This document shows, one piece after another, positions 8,939-18,406 of a DNA stretch of 64,000 nucleotides (the stretch's first letter is position 1; every line of letters starts with the position of its first letter). The notes under the pieces were generated by a model that was given only the letters and a program-made list of their open reading frames with translations, did not search any database and was not told the DNA's origin. Position numbers and translations under genes: made by a program. The stretch lies in contig JAVLBA010000005.1 of assembly GCA_031581485.1 (NCBI GenBank), positions 1,280-65,279 of the forward strand, in the 5' to 3' direction. The stretch is from Desulfurivibrionaceae bacterium (lineage in GTDB: Bacteria > Desulfobacterota > Desulfobulbia > Desulfobulbales > SURF-16).

Positions 8939-10087
8939 CTACGCCACCGCCAGGTTCAGGATATCGGCAATGACCTCCCTGGGGTAGAGATCATCCACCT
9001 CCCAGAGCCTGGCCAGGTCAGCGGCATTCTCCGCGATCAGGGCTATATCGGCCCGGGCAATGCCCGCATCCTGCAGACGGACCGGGGCACCGATCTCCTG
9101 GAACCATTTTTCCAGGGCCTTGATGCCCGCCTCAGCCCCCTGGAGACCGAAGATCTTGTCGGCAAAGCGCTCGAACTGGCCAGGATGCTGCCTGCTGTAC
9201 CAGCGCATCCAGGCCGGCATGACAATGGCCAGACCGGCGCCGTGGGCAATATTGTAGAGGGCGCTCAGCGAATGCTCAATCATGTGGTTGGGGAAGGAAT
9301 AGGGGCCCACACCAGCAGAGGTCAGACCGTTGAGGGCCAGGGTGGCCGTCCACATGAACTCGGCCCGCGCCTCGTAATTGTCCGGCTGGCGTCGGATCAC
9401 CTCCTGGCTGGCCATCACCGTCTTGACGATGCTCTCCACCATCCTGTCCTGCAGCCGGGATCCCGGCTGCCTGGTAAAATATGCCTCCAGAACATGGGAA
9501 ATGGCATCCACGGCGCCATAGGCGGAATAATCGGCCGGCACCGAGCAGGTCAGCTGCGGATCAAGAATGGAGACTTGGGGATAGACCAGGGGGGAGGTGA
9601 GACTGTACTTCTGGCTACTCTCCTCATTGGTGACCACGCTGTTGCCGTTCATCTCACTGCCGGTGGCGGCCAGGGTCAGGATGGTATAGATGGGCAGCGC
9701 GGCCATGACCACCCTGCCGGTGAAATATTGCCAGATATCCGCTTCTGCCACGGCACCCACGGCAATGGCCTTGCCCTCATCAAGCACGGAGCCGCCGCCC
9801 ACTGCCAGAATGGCCTCCACATCAAGGCTCTTGGCGAGCTCGATGCCCTCTCTGGTATGGGAGAGAACCGGATTGGAGACCACGCCGCCGAACTCGGCAA
9901 AAATCACCCCCTGCCTGCCCAGGTTCTCCTTGAGCCGCTCAAGCAGCCCCGACTTCTGGATGGAGCTGCTGCCGTAGACCAACAGCACCTTGCCAATGCC
10001 GTCCCGGTTCAGGACCGCACCGATTTCCTCCTCCTTGCCGCGACCAAAAATGATCTTGGTAGGATTATGGAATTCAAAATCATACAT
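8939..10087 (-). CDS. iron-containing alcohol dehydrogenase (YqhD/butanol-DH-like)
   Basis: MYDFEFHNPTKIIFGRGKEEEIG..., GGGSVLDEGKA motif. Start at ATG 10087 with AGGAGG upstream; the track ORF is N-terminally over-extended. Confidence 0.9.
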   Translation of the reverse strand: MYDFEFHNPTKIIFGRGKEEEIGAVLNRDGIGKVLLVYGSSSIQKSGLLERLKENLGRQGVIFAEFGGVVSNPVLSHTREGIELAKSLDVEAILAVGGGSVLDEGKAIAVGAVAEADIWQYFTGRVVMAALPIYTILTLAATGSEMNGNSVVTNEESSQKYSLTSPLVYPQVSILDPQLTCSVPADYSAYGAVDAISHVLEAYFTRQPGSRLQDRMVESIVKTVMASQEVIRRQPDNYEARAEFMWTATLALNGLTSAGVGPYSFPNHMIEHSLSALYNIAHGAGLAIVMPAWMRWYSRQHPGQFERFADKIFGLQGAEAGIKALEKWFQEIGAPVRLQDAGIARADIALIAENAADLARLWEVDDLYPREVIADILNLAVA

Positions 10088-10130
10088 AACAGCCTCCTTG
10101 TTAAAGATATTCTTCTTAAAAGAGCAGAAC

Positions 10131-11009
10131 TCAGGTCTCAAAAATCTTTTTGATGGCGCTGAAATCCTCATCGGCAAGCCCTGCGGCCCTGGCCTCTTCA
10201 TACAGTTCCCTTATCCTGCTCCCCATGGGCACTCGGGCCTGGGCCTCATCAGCGGTCTGCGCGATAAAACCGAGGTCCTTGCACATATGCTTCACCGGAA
10301 AACCGGGCCCGTACTCCTCCTTGACAAAGAGGGCGGCCTTGGCCTGATAAAATTCGCAGCCCAAGGGACCGGCAAGGAGGACATCAAGGACCTCGGCCGC
10401 ACTGAAACCGCATTTTTCCCCCAAGGTAACGGCCTCACCCAGGCCTGCCAGCATGATGCCAAGCAGCAGGTTGATCACCATCTTCATGCTGGTGGCCCGG
10501 CCCATGATTCCGCAATAAACAACCTTTTTGCCCATGGCCAGCAGATAAGGAGAGAGCGCCTCAAGCCGGGCCGCATCACCGCCGGTCAGGATCACCAGGG
10601 AGCCGGCAGCAGCGGCATCCGTGGACCCTGAGACCGGGGCTTCCACCAAGGCCATGCCCTTGTCCTGCAGCCGCCCCAGCAACTGCCGATTATAGGCGGG
10701 GGGGACACTGCTCATATTGACGACCACCTCACAGCGCGACCCGGGCCCTGCCAGCCCCTCTTCGCCCCACAAGAGGGCATCAATGGCCTCAGGACCGGTG
10801 AGCATCATAAAGACAACCCGGGCCTGCCGGCCCACTTCCAGGGGGGTTGCTGCCGCCACAGCGCCGGGACCTGCCATCCTTGCCGCCTTGGCGGCTGTTC
10901 TATTATAAAGCAGAAGAGGGGTACCGGCCCTGCTGAGATTGGCGGCCATGGGCGACCCCATCAAACCAAGCCCTAAAAAACCTACTGTTGCCGTCATGAG
11001 ATCCTCCAA
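10131..11009 (-). CDS. NAD(P)-dependent beta-hydroxyacid dehydrogenase (3-hydroxyisobutyrate/tartronate-semialdehyde reductase family)
   Basis: Rossmann VGFLGLGLMGSPMAANL ... PVSGS ... family-typical C-terminal domain. Start may be Met at 10997. Confidence 0.88.
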   Translation of the reverse strand: MEDLMTATVGFLGLGLMGSPMAANLSRAGTPLLLYNRTAAKAARMAGPGAVAAATPLEVGRQARVVFMMLTGPEAIDALLWGEEGLAGPGSRCEVVVNMSSVPPAYNRQLLGRLQDKGMALVEAPVSGSTDAAAAGSLVILTGGDAARLEALSPYLLAMGKKVVYCGIMGRATSMKMVINLLLGIMLAGLGEAVTLGEKCGFSAAEVLDVLLAGPLGCEFYQAKAALFVKEEYGPGFPVKHMCKDLGFIAQTADEAQARVPMGSRIRELYEEARAAGLADEDFSAIKKIFET

Positions 11010-11085
11010 GAATGTCTTTCTGCTTCTGCTGTAAAAATAAAATTATAGCAGAGAAGAAGGGGGGAATCCCAGCAGCAATTCTTTT

Positions 11086-12324
11086 TTACGCCTCTGGGGG
11101 ATTGGGCAGAAGCAGGGAAAGCGCCACGGCAACCAGGGCCAGACAAAAGGCCAGCAGATAACTGGTAGTGAAGCTGCCGGATATCTCGGCCAGGATCCCG
11201 GCGATAAAGGGACCCAGTACCTGGCCAAGACCAAGGGCAAAGGTGACAAAGGCAAAGACATGCACGGCCCGCTGCGGATCGACATAATCCCCCACCAGGG
11301 CGGCGATGATGGAGGGCACACTCCAGGCCACAATGCCGAAGCAGACGATGGAGAGATAGAGAAAGATATCCCCCATGTTCAGGGCAATAAAGAGATAGGC
11401 CAGGGACTGGATGGAAAAAACCAGGACCAGGGCCTGCTTGCGGCCGAATTTATCGGAGATGGTGCCGAACACCGGCCCGGAAAAGAGACTCAAAAAACCG
11501 ACCCAGGCCCAGAAATTGCCGGCAAGGGCCTCGCTCATCCCCCGTTCCTGGACCAGGGTGGTGACAATGAAAGTGGCATAGATCACATAGGTGAAGCCAA
11601 AGAGAAAATAGATGGCCGCGCAATGATACAAAACAGCGGGGCGCACCTGCATGGGCCGGCCCAGGACGGTTTCATAGTGCCCACCCTGAGCGGCATCCCA
11701 GCCCACCGGCTGCAGGCCGAGATTCTGGGGACGGTTGCGCAGAACCAGAGAGCAGACCGCGGCCACCGCCAGGACTAAAAGACCCAGGACGCACCAGCTC
11801 AGCCGCCAGCCGTTGCTGCTTACGGAATTGAGATAGGGAACCAGATTGCCCGAGATGATAATGGCAAAGCCGCTGCCGATGACCACAAAACCGGCTGCCC
11901 TGCCCCGAGAATTACCGGCAAACCAGACTGAGATGAGGGCCATGATGGAGACATTGGCCAGGGCGCTCCCCATGCCGGTGAGAAAATAGAAGAAGGTGAT
12001 CAGATAGAAATTGCTGGCCCGGCTGATCAGGAGCATGGAAAGCCCCACCAAAAACAAGGCGGCACCGATCACCTTCCTGGCCCCGAAACGCCGGGACAAG
12101 CGGCCGCAAAGCAGCACCGCCCCCAGATAGCCGACAAAATTAATTGTGCCGACAAGGCCCATCTCTCCATAGGAGAGCTGCAGGGCCTCAGCCATGGAAG
12201 GCAGCAGCATGCCCAGGGCAAAACGACCCAGCCCCAGGGAGGCAAAAACACACAAGGTGCCGGCCGCCACCACATACCAACCATAATGGATGGCCGCTTT
12301 TTTATGTTCTTCTCCGCTCATCAT
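11086..12324 (-). CDS. MFS transporter
   Basis: 12-TM-like hydrophobic profile with GRLSRRFGARK loop motif. Start trimmed to MMSGEEHKK (12324). Confidence 0.8.
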   Translation of the reverse strand: MMSGEEHKKAAIHYGWYVVAAGTLCVFASLGLGRFALGMLLPSMAEALQLSYGEMGLVGTINFVGYLGAVLLCGRLSRRFGARKVIGAALFLVGLSMLLISRASNFYLITFFYFLTGMGSALANVSIMALISVWFAGNSRGRAAGFVVIGSGFAIIISGNLVPYLNSVSSNGWRLSWCVLGLLVLAVAAVCSLVLRNRPQNLGLQPVGWDAAQGGHYETVLGRPMQVRPAVLYHCAAIYFLFGFTYVIYATFIVTTLVQERGMSEALAGNFWAWVGFLSLFSGPVFGTISDKFGRKQALVLVFSIQSLAYLFIALNMGDIFLYLSIVCFGIVAWSVPSIIAALVGDYVDPQRAVHVFAFVTFALGLGQVLGPFIAGILAEISGSFTTSYLLAFCLALVAVALSLLLPNPPEA

Positions 12325-12583
12325 GATGATCCACCATAAGGCATGGTGTTGAAAAGACCAGATAAAACGACCCGCCAACAGCAAAGCAGAGGATGCACTC
12401 TCGCTTCCAGCGAGGCAGAGAATGCGCAAAGGGCTGCCTGGCAGAAGGGCAGCTTCTGATTCCAGCAAGAGCTCTTGGGGGCAATGGAGGCGGGCGAGGA
12501 GCGGTAATGACGATTCCGGCTTCAATTAATTTATTGACACCGCCCTTTCTTTCACCCTACTATTTAAGAATAATTCCTATTAG

Positions 12584-12937
12584 AAAGGGTGTTGCGGCCT
12601 GCCTGTCAATCTCAGCGACAGCAGAGGCAATTCCCTGCTCATGCTGGCGGCCTATAATGACCAGGCCAAAACAGAGGCCATGCGGATAGCAGAGGGTGCC
12701 CAGGTGGATCGCCGCAATGATCACGGCCAGCCCCCTCTCTGGGAGGCAGGGGCAGACCTTGACGCGGATAACGGCGGCGGCAAAACAGCGCTCATGTTCG
12801 GCCATCGTCCGGTCGTTGCCTATCTTCTTGAGCAAGGTGCCGACCCCGCCTCCCAGACCTTGATGGGCATATCGGCCCAGAGTCCGGCCAAATTTACCGG
12901 TGCCTTCCACTCCCTGGGTTCTTTGTTCTCGAAATAG
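12584..12937 (+). pseudogene. ankyrin-repeat protein remnant (truncated/degenerate)
   Basis: The frame opens just after TAG 12581..12583. It reads ...VNLSDSRGNSLLMLAAYNDQAKTEAMRIAEGAQVDRRNDHGQ...DADNGGGKTALMFGHRPVVAYLLEQGADP. This is ankyrin consensus, but it lacks an N-terminus and the last repeat appears internally shortened. Confidence 0.4.
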
Positions 12938-13032
12938 AATGTGTTATAAAATAAGATCAGCTGCTGCTCCTGCCGGCAACCACGGCCATAAAAAAAGAAC
13001 CGCCCTTCCCCCTACCCAAGAGGAAAAAGACC

Positions 13033-13608
13033 ATGCCCAATTTAAAAGGTACCCAGACTGAAAAAAACATTCTCACCGCCTTTGCCGGTGAATCCCAGGC
13101 CCGCAACCGCTACACCTATTTCGCCTCTGCGGCCAAAAAGGAGGGCTATGTGCAGATGTCCGACATCTTCGCGGAAACCGCTGACCAGGAAAAGGAGCAT
13201 GCCAAGCGTCTCTTCAAACTGCTGGAAGGCGGGGAGGTGGAGATCACCGCCAGCTTTCCGGCCGGCGTTATCAGCACCACCACCGAAAACCTGGCCGAGG
13301 CCGCTGCCGGCGAGCACTATGAATACAGTGAGATGTATCCCGGCTTTGCCGAGATTGCCCGCGCCGAGGGCTTCACTGAAATCGCCGATATCTTCATGGC
13401 CATTGCCGTGGCCGAGAAACAGCATGAGAAACGTTATCTGGCCCTCAAGGCCAACATCGAGGCAGATCGTGTCTTCCAGCGGCAGGAGACAGAGACTTGG
13501 CGCTGCCGTAACTGCGGCTACCTCCACAAGGGCAAGGGGGCGCCGGAAGTCTGCCCGGCCTGCGACCATCCGGTGGACCATTTCGAGCTCCTGGCCGAAA
13601 ACTGGTAA
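13033..13608 (+). CDS. rbr: rubrerythrin
   Basis: Diiron four-helix motifs (ESQARNRY, EKEHAKRL, EHYEY, EKQHEKRY) plus C-terminal rubredoxin-like CRNCG...CPAC. Confidence 0.95.
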   Translation: MPNLKGTQTEKNILTAFAGESQARNRYTYFASAAKKEGYVQMSDIFAETADQEKEHAKRLFKLLEGGEVEITASFPAGVISTTTENLAEAAAGEHYEYSEMYPGFAEIARAEGFTEIADIFMAIAVAEKQHEKRYLALKANIEADRVFQRQETETWRCRNCGYLHKGKGAPEVCPACDHPVDHFELLAENW

Positions 13609-13633
13609 CCCGGCCTGATCCGCACCTGAAAAA

Positions 13634-13666
13634 AGCCCGGAAACATCGGCGCTCCGGGCTTTTTTC
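13634..13666. terminator. bidirectional Rho-independent terminator
   Basis: AAAAAGCCCGGA-loop-UCCGGGCUUUUUU: A-run on one side and U-run on the other. Sits between rbr (+) and a small minus-strand ORF. Confidence 0.7.
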
Positions 13667-13699
13667 TGACGTTCATCAGGAAGTTAGGGCAGCCGCCGG

Positions 13700-13864
13700 T
13701 CAGGAGCGCTCGTTATGGGGAGGCTTTTCTTGAAATTTTTTAGTTCTTGCAGGTACTTGATAATTCTCGCAAAATTCCCTGACCAACCTATAGCGCTCCA
13801 CCAAGGTCAGTCGGGTGTAGAGGGGACTCTGCATCAAAATTTGCACAACATCACGAGCATCCAT
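13700..13864 (-). CDS. candidate small protein (54 aa), unknown function
   Basis: Below the ORF-track size cutoff. Manual translation: MDARDVVQILMQSPLYTRLTLVERYRLVREFCENYQVPARTKKFQEKPPHNERS. GGAGAGAAAGGAC precedes the ATG, and the ORF ends about 35 nt before the bidirectional terminator. Confidence 0.3.
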   Translation of the reverse strand: MDARDVVQILMQSPLYTRLTLVERYRLVREFCENYQVPARTKKFQEKPPHNERS

Positions 13865-14052
13865 GTCCTTTCTCTCCTGCAGGTTGTCTCAACAGCCATT
13901 TTGGGACCCCTGCCTCTTCTGCCAACAGCCCGGCAACAGCTCTCTCCTTCCACATCTTATCAGCACAAGACGTGCCAAACAAGGCGATCCCGCTGTGACC
14001 CTCAAAAAAACCCATTTCCAAACAACCTATTACCCTCTGAAGGAGTAAAATC

Positions 14053-14487
14053 ATGGAACTTGCGCACCGAAACTACCATTTAAAACTGCAGGAAATGTGT
14101 GATTGTTACCTGGATACCGATTTCAAAAAAAAGCTGCACGACATGGCAAGCCAGGGCTCCGACGACCTGGAAGAGAACGCCATCAAATATCTCGCCCTGG
14201 CCATCATGTACACCATCACGGAAAAGGCCGCCAAGCTTTCCCTCCAGAAAAAGGAGGAGAAGGTCACCGTGAAGATAAAGGGGGAGGAAAAGATAACCCT
14301 GCCGGCGCCCACAGCTGCCCAGTTTGACAAGATAGTGGAGATCATCCGGGCCATCCTCCATCTGGAGGAGGATACGGGCGAGATGCCTCTGACCATGGGA
14401 CTGCGCAGCGGCGACATAGAAGTACAGGTCAAGACCAAGCGCAAAGAGGGCAAGGAATCTCTCAAGATAGAATTCCCTCCCCTCTAA
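14053..14487 (+). CDS. hypothetical protein
   Basis: 144 aa, AAGGAG 8 nt before the ATG, protein-like composition. No family recognised. Confidence 0.5.
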   Translation: MELAHRNYHLKLQEMCDCYLDTDFKKKLHDMASQGSDDLEENAIKYLALAIMYTITEKAAKLSLQKKEEKVTVKIKGEEKITLPAPTAAQFDKIVEIIRAILHLEEDTGEMPLTMGLRSGDIEVQVKTKRKEGKESLKIEFPPL

Positions 14488-14568
14488 CCGGGCATGGTTC
14501 ACCGCCCCCAAGAGAAGGGGTCATGGCCCAGGCGGGGCACCCTTTCAGCCCACCTGGGCTCCGCACTC

Positions 14569-15825
14569 TTACCGGCCATGCCCCTTCTCTTGCTCAACAA
14601 AAAGGACTTCCACGCTCCTCTCACCATCCTCACCCAGGATCACCAGTTGGCCGCTGTCACCGGCAGACTTATTCTTGACGGCGTAGATCAGATCGAATGT
14701 ATCCAGGAGATCCACACCGTCAAAACGGATGATCCGCTCTCCTTTGGTAATGCCGGCAAGGGCCGCCACTGAGCCGGGCATGACCCCCACCACCAACACC
14801 CCCGGCCCCTCTTCTTGCTCAGCCAGCATGACGCCCAACCGCACCCCCGTCTCCGGCAGTATCTCATACTCCTGATAGACCAGATAATCGGCCCGGGGCA
14901 TGGGGAAGGGGGGCATGGTGACATGCATCCGCTGATGCTCTTTCTCCTTGGGGACCTTGAGGGTGGCGCTGCCGATGATGGTATAGGCCAGGGGCAGACG
15001 GCGGAAGACACGGCGCGGAATGCCAAAGCCATATTCCACATGCCAACCACCGGCAATCACCACCATATGCATGGCCGGATGGTGGGCCAGATAATCCGCC
15101 ACAGAGCGGGCCATGGTCTCATCCCAGATGGTCTGGCGGCGATGGAAACGCTGCACCATCTTACCGCCGGCCGCATGATCCTTGATCATGGCCTCCACCA
15201 TGGCGCGTTGATAGGGGTCACTCATGTCCATCTCTGGCAGCTCTTCCCGCAGCTCGGGGGCCAACTCAGCCAAAGGCATCAGGCTGGCCTTATTGCCCAG
15301 TTCCTTGTCAATGTTGAGGCCGATGATGGCGATCTTGTTATCGCGGCAAAAGAGAAGAATATCCCGGTAATAGGCAAAATCAGAGCCCCAGCCCTCGCTG
15401 AACCAGCGGCTCTGCCGCAGAAATTCCTTCTCGGTGAGCTCCCCTGCCACCCACTGATCCAAGGCCTCCTGCTGGCTGGCTGTAAACATCTCCATACCCA
15501 GGGCTACCTGGCCCGGATGGCGGCTGGCCATGGCCGCAAGCACAGCAAGCTCCAAACGGTGAGAGGCCGGGTTATCATGGGTCTCCCCCACATAGACCAG
15601 GGGCACCTGGGTGGCATTGGTCAGCATCTGGGCCTCACTGACATAAGAGCCTGTAGCCAGATGCAGGATATCACCCACTTGCGGCTCTGTGGCCGGTGGA
15701 TAGGGCATCTCGCAATTCCACCGGGGTGCGGTGGCACACCCCCCCAGCACCAAGGCAACAACAAGGGCCAGACCGGCGGCCACATTCCTGCCTTTTCTTT
15801 TCTCCTTGGCACACATCAGGCTCAT
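14569..15825 (-). CDS. ChaN-family (Tiki/haem-binding-uptake-like) lipoprotein with C-terminal PDZ domain
   Basis: Lipobox LVLGGC. ChaN-like VYVGETHDNPASHRLE...GGWHVEYGFGIP. C-terminal PDZ-like GVLVVGVMPGSVAALAGITKGERIIRFDG. Start at ATG 15825 with AAGGAGAA upstream. Confidence 0.75.
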   Translation of the reverse strand: MSLMCAKEKRKGRNVAAGLALVVALVLGGCATAPRWNCEMPYPPATEPQVGDILHLATGSYVSEAQMLTNATQVPLVYVGETHDNPASHRLELAVLAAMASRHPGQVALGMEMFTASQQEALDQWVAGELTEKEFLRQSRWFSEGWGSDFAYYRDILLFCRDNKIAIIGLNIDKELGNKASLMPLAELAPELREELPEMDMSDPYQRAMVEAMIKDHAAGGKMVQRFHRRQTIWDETMARSVADYLAHHPAMHMVVIAGGWHVEYGFGIPRRVFRRLPLAYTIIGSATLKVPKEKEHQRMHVTMPPFPMPRADYLVYQEYEILPETGVRLGVMLAEQEEGPGVLVVGVMPGSVAALAGITKGERIIRFDGVDLLDTFDLIYAVKNKSAGDSGQLVILGEDGERSVEVLFVEQEKGHGR

Positions 15826-15894
15826 ATATTCTCCTTTTTTTTGATGATCCCTTTGCATAATCCACCCCGGGCGCCAAGGCCACTGGAAAAAAAC

Positions 15895-17040
15895 CTAGCC
15901 CACCATAATAAGAGGCACATAGAGTTCCTCCTCTGAAAAGCCGCCGTGCACACCCCTTTGCCGGAATGTTTTTTCCGTCAAGAGCTGATCCCGGATAATG
16001 TAGTTTTCCTTCATCAACAAAACATAGTCGCCAACCCGCTCCTGCAGGCGGGGATCAGCCGCTCCCTTGCCGAAATAGCCCGCTGCGATCAGCTCGCTGC
16101 TTTGGTGGAGGGTGCAGGCATGACCCAGATTCCGGGCAATATAGCGCTCAAAGTCGAGACGGCGATGGGCGTGCACATAGCAATAGGCGCAGCGAGGTTC
16201 GCCGCACAGAGGCAGGCTCAGGGTGGCGGCAAGCTGCGGATGCTCTTTGAGATAAATGATGTGCTCGGGACAGGTATCAATCAGACCGTGATCGGCAGTG
16301 ACCACAATCTTGGCGCCGCGCGCCTCCAGAAGGGAGAAGGCATCCCGGCAGCCCTGATCCAGCTCCAGAAAATGGACAGCCGCTTCCATACTAGCCATGC
16401 CATGGAGATGGGCCAGACTGTCCAGCTCCGGCCAATAGGCAATGATCAAACCAGGCCTCTGGGGCTCTGCCAGGGCAATAAGAGTGCTGAACATTTCGGC
16501 AAGGGTGGCAAAGCCATGGCGGCTGGCCCTGCCGGAGAGGGCTCGGCTATAGGCAGAATCGACAAGGTGGTGCGGCAAGAGGGCATGACAGGGAAGGGGC
16601 AGGCTGCTGAGCAGGGAGTCCTGGCCGATGAGCTGGGCCGGGGAAATACCCCTCTCTGAAAAAGAGGGGCCGCCATAGCGGGGCTGAAAGGGCAGAACCG
16701 TGGCCACCACCCCCAACTCCTTGAAATAGGTGTGCCAGCCGGTGACGGCGTGCTGCTGGGGAGCAACACCGGTAAAAAAGCTGGTCATCGCCGTTGCCGT
16801 GGTGGGCGGGAAGACCGAGGTGAGCCGCCCTTGCCGGTGGCGGCAGAGGAAACTCTCTGGGAAACCCTGTAAAAAAGTGTCCCCCAGCCCATCAAGAATG
16901 AGCAGAACCAGGGGCTGATCACCCAGGGCCATGGCACCCAGTTCCACAAGGGGTGCATAGTCATTCTCACCTTGCCCCAGCCCCTGGGCCAAAGAGGAGA
17001 CCAGATTGACGATGCTGTTGCTATAATCTGGCTTCAGCAT
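15895..17040 (-). CDS. alkaline-phosphatase-superfamily protein (nucleotide pyrophosphatase/phosphodiesterase-like)
   Basis: LLILDGLGDTF...FPPTTATAMTSFFTG...WPELDSLAHLHG...VVTADHG...GVHGG pattern of AP-superfamily metal ligands. Start trimmed to MLKPDY (17040). Confidence 0.7.
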   Translation of the reverse strand: MLKPDYSNSIVNLVSSLAQGLGQGENDYAPLVELGAMALGDQPLVLLILDGLGDTFLQGFPESFLCRHRQGRLTSVFPPTTATAMTSFFTGVAPQQHAVTGWHTYFKELGVVATVLPFQPRYGGPSFSERGISPAQLIGQDSLLSSLPLPCHALLPHHLVDSAYSRALSGRASRHGFATLAEMFSTLIALAEPQRPGLIIAYWPELDSLAHLHGMASMEAAVHFLELDQGCRDAFSLLEARGAKIVVTADHGLIDTCPEHIIYLKEHPQLAATLSLPLCGEPRCAYCYVHAHRRLDFERYIARNLGHACTLHQSSELIAAGYFGKGAADPRLQERVGDYVLLMKENYIIRDQLLTEKTFRQRGVHGGFSEEELYVPLIMVG

Positions 17041-17384
17041 AGGCCGGTGCGGAGCTCTGGCTGCCGGCGCCGGAACTGATCCGCCTCCTGCCTGCTGTCT
17101 GGCAACATCTCTGTTTTTTCTGTGATGCCCCTGGTCATGAGCTCCTCCCCCGTTAATTTTGAGACCCCAGTTACACATTTTGACAGGCAAGGGAAAAATG
17201 TCAAGACAGGACGAAATTTAGGGGGCAAGGGCGCCTGAGGCAGCCTTTGTTCGGCTCAAGGAGAGCAGAGGCAGCCGGGCCTTTTGCACCGCATGCCACC
17301 CGGAGGTGGCAAAAAAAGGTAAAGCCGCTTATCATAGGAGGTCATTTACCACACCCTGAACTAAAAAAACGGATCCCAACAGAG

Positions 17385-17990
17385 ATGAGTGAGAGCAAAA
17401 CAGGTCAGCCCGGCTTCAGCCGCCGGATGAGCAAGGATGAGATAAACGCCTGCCCCATGGCGCAATGGACAGGACCGGTGACGGTGGTGCGCACCGAGAC
17501 GGAACTGAGCGCGGCCATGGCCAGGCTTGCCGGCCACCGCCTGCTCGGCTTTGATACAGAAACCAGACCGGCATACACCAAGGGGGAGAGCTATCTGCCT
17601 TCGCTTCTGCAGCTGGCCAGCGAGACTGAGGTGTTCATCTTCCAGTTCAAACAACTGGGGCTGGCCCCACCCCTGCTTGAGCTCTTAGCCGACCCGGCCA
17701 TTATCAAAACCGGGGTCGGTCTCGACTACGACTTCCGGGAGCTTGCCAGGATGGCCCCTTTCAAGGCTGCCGGTTTTGTGGACCTGGCCGATCTTGCCAA
17801 AAAAAAGGGTATCAAGAACCACGGCCTGCGTGGCCTGGCCGCCGTGCTCCTCGGCTTCCGCATCTCCAAGGGGGCCCAGACCTCCAACTGGGCCAAGGAT
17901 GTGCTGGCCCCTCACCAGATCCACTACGCAGCTACCGATGCCTGGGTAGGCCGCAAACTCTACCTGGCCCTGACCAAGGAGAGAGCATGA
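17385..17990 (+). CDS. 3'-5' exonuclease domain protein (RNase D/WRN-exo-like, DEDDy)
   Basis: LLGFDTETRP (ExoI), IIKTGVGLDYDFREL (ExoII), HYAATDAWV (ExoIII). Start trimmed to MSESK (17385). Confidence 0.8.
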   Translation: MSESKTGQPGFSRRMSKDEINACPMAQWTGPVTVVRTETELSAAMARLAGHRLLGFDTETRPAYTKGESYLPSLLQLASETEVFIFQFKQLGLAPPLLELLADPAIIKTGVGLDYDFRELARMAPFKAAGFVDLADLAKKKGIKNHGLRGLAAVLLGFRISKGAQTSNWAKDVLAPHQIHYAATDAWVGRKLYLALTKERA

Positions 17991-18271
17991 AGAGCGCCAA
18001 GCCCAAGGACCCCCTGCACGGCATCACCCTGGAGATGATTCTCACCCGCCTGGTTGACCATTACGGCTGGAAAAGACTGGCCAAAAAGCTGCCCATCAAC
18101 TGCTTCACTAAGGAGCCCACCATGACCTCCAGCCTCAAGCTCCTGCGCCGCACAGAGTGGGCCAGAAAGAAAGTGGAGACCCTCTATCTGCGCACCCGAT
18201 TTCACAAAGTCTTTCCGGACAGCGCCCCCAAACCCAGGCTCAAAAAGGTGCCGCCCCAGGAAGAGAGCTGA
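17987..18271 (+). CDS. VF530/DUF2132-family small nucleic-acid-binding protein
   Basis: DPLHGITLEMILTRLVDHYGWKRLAKKLPINCFTKEPTMTSSLKLLRRTEWARKKVE matches my memory of DUF2132. 4-nt ATGA overlap with the exonuclease gene. Confidence 0.7.
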   Translation: MKSAKPKDPLHGITLEMILTRLVDHYGWKRLAKKLPINCFTKEPTMTSSLKLLRRTEWARKKVETLYLRTRFHKVFPDSAPKPRLKKVPPQEES

Positions 18272-18406
18272 GTACCGGTTGAAATTTGGTGCTCCAGGCC
18301 CGGAGGTCTTGATGGCAGCAGGCGGTGACCGCCCTGATCAAGGGCGGTTGCACAGAACAACCAGTTGGGGCCAGACCGGCCTGAAAGTAGGGTAGCCGCC
18401 GCTGAT

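Noticed and set aside
13715-14083. Plus-strand 122-aa ORF (and 13863..14048) in the rbr downstream spacer.
   Set aside because: No RBS and odd composition. It overlaps the start of the well-formed 14053..14487 gene and the better-supported minus-strand 54-codon ORF.
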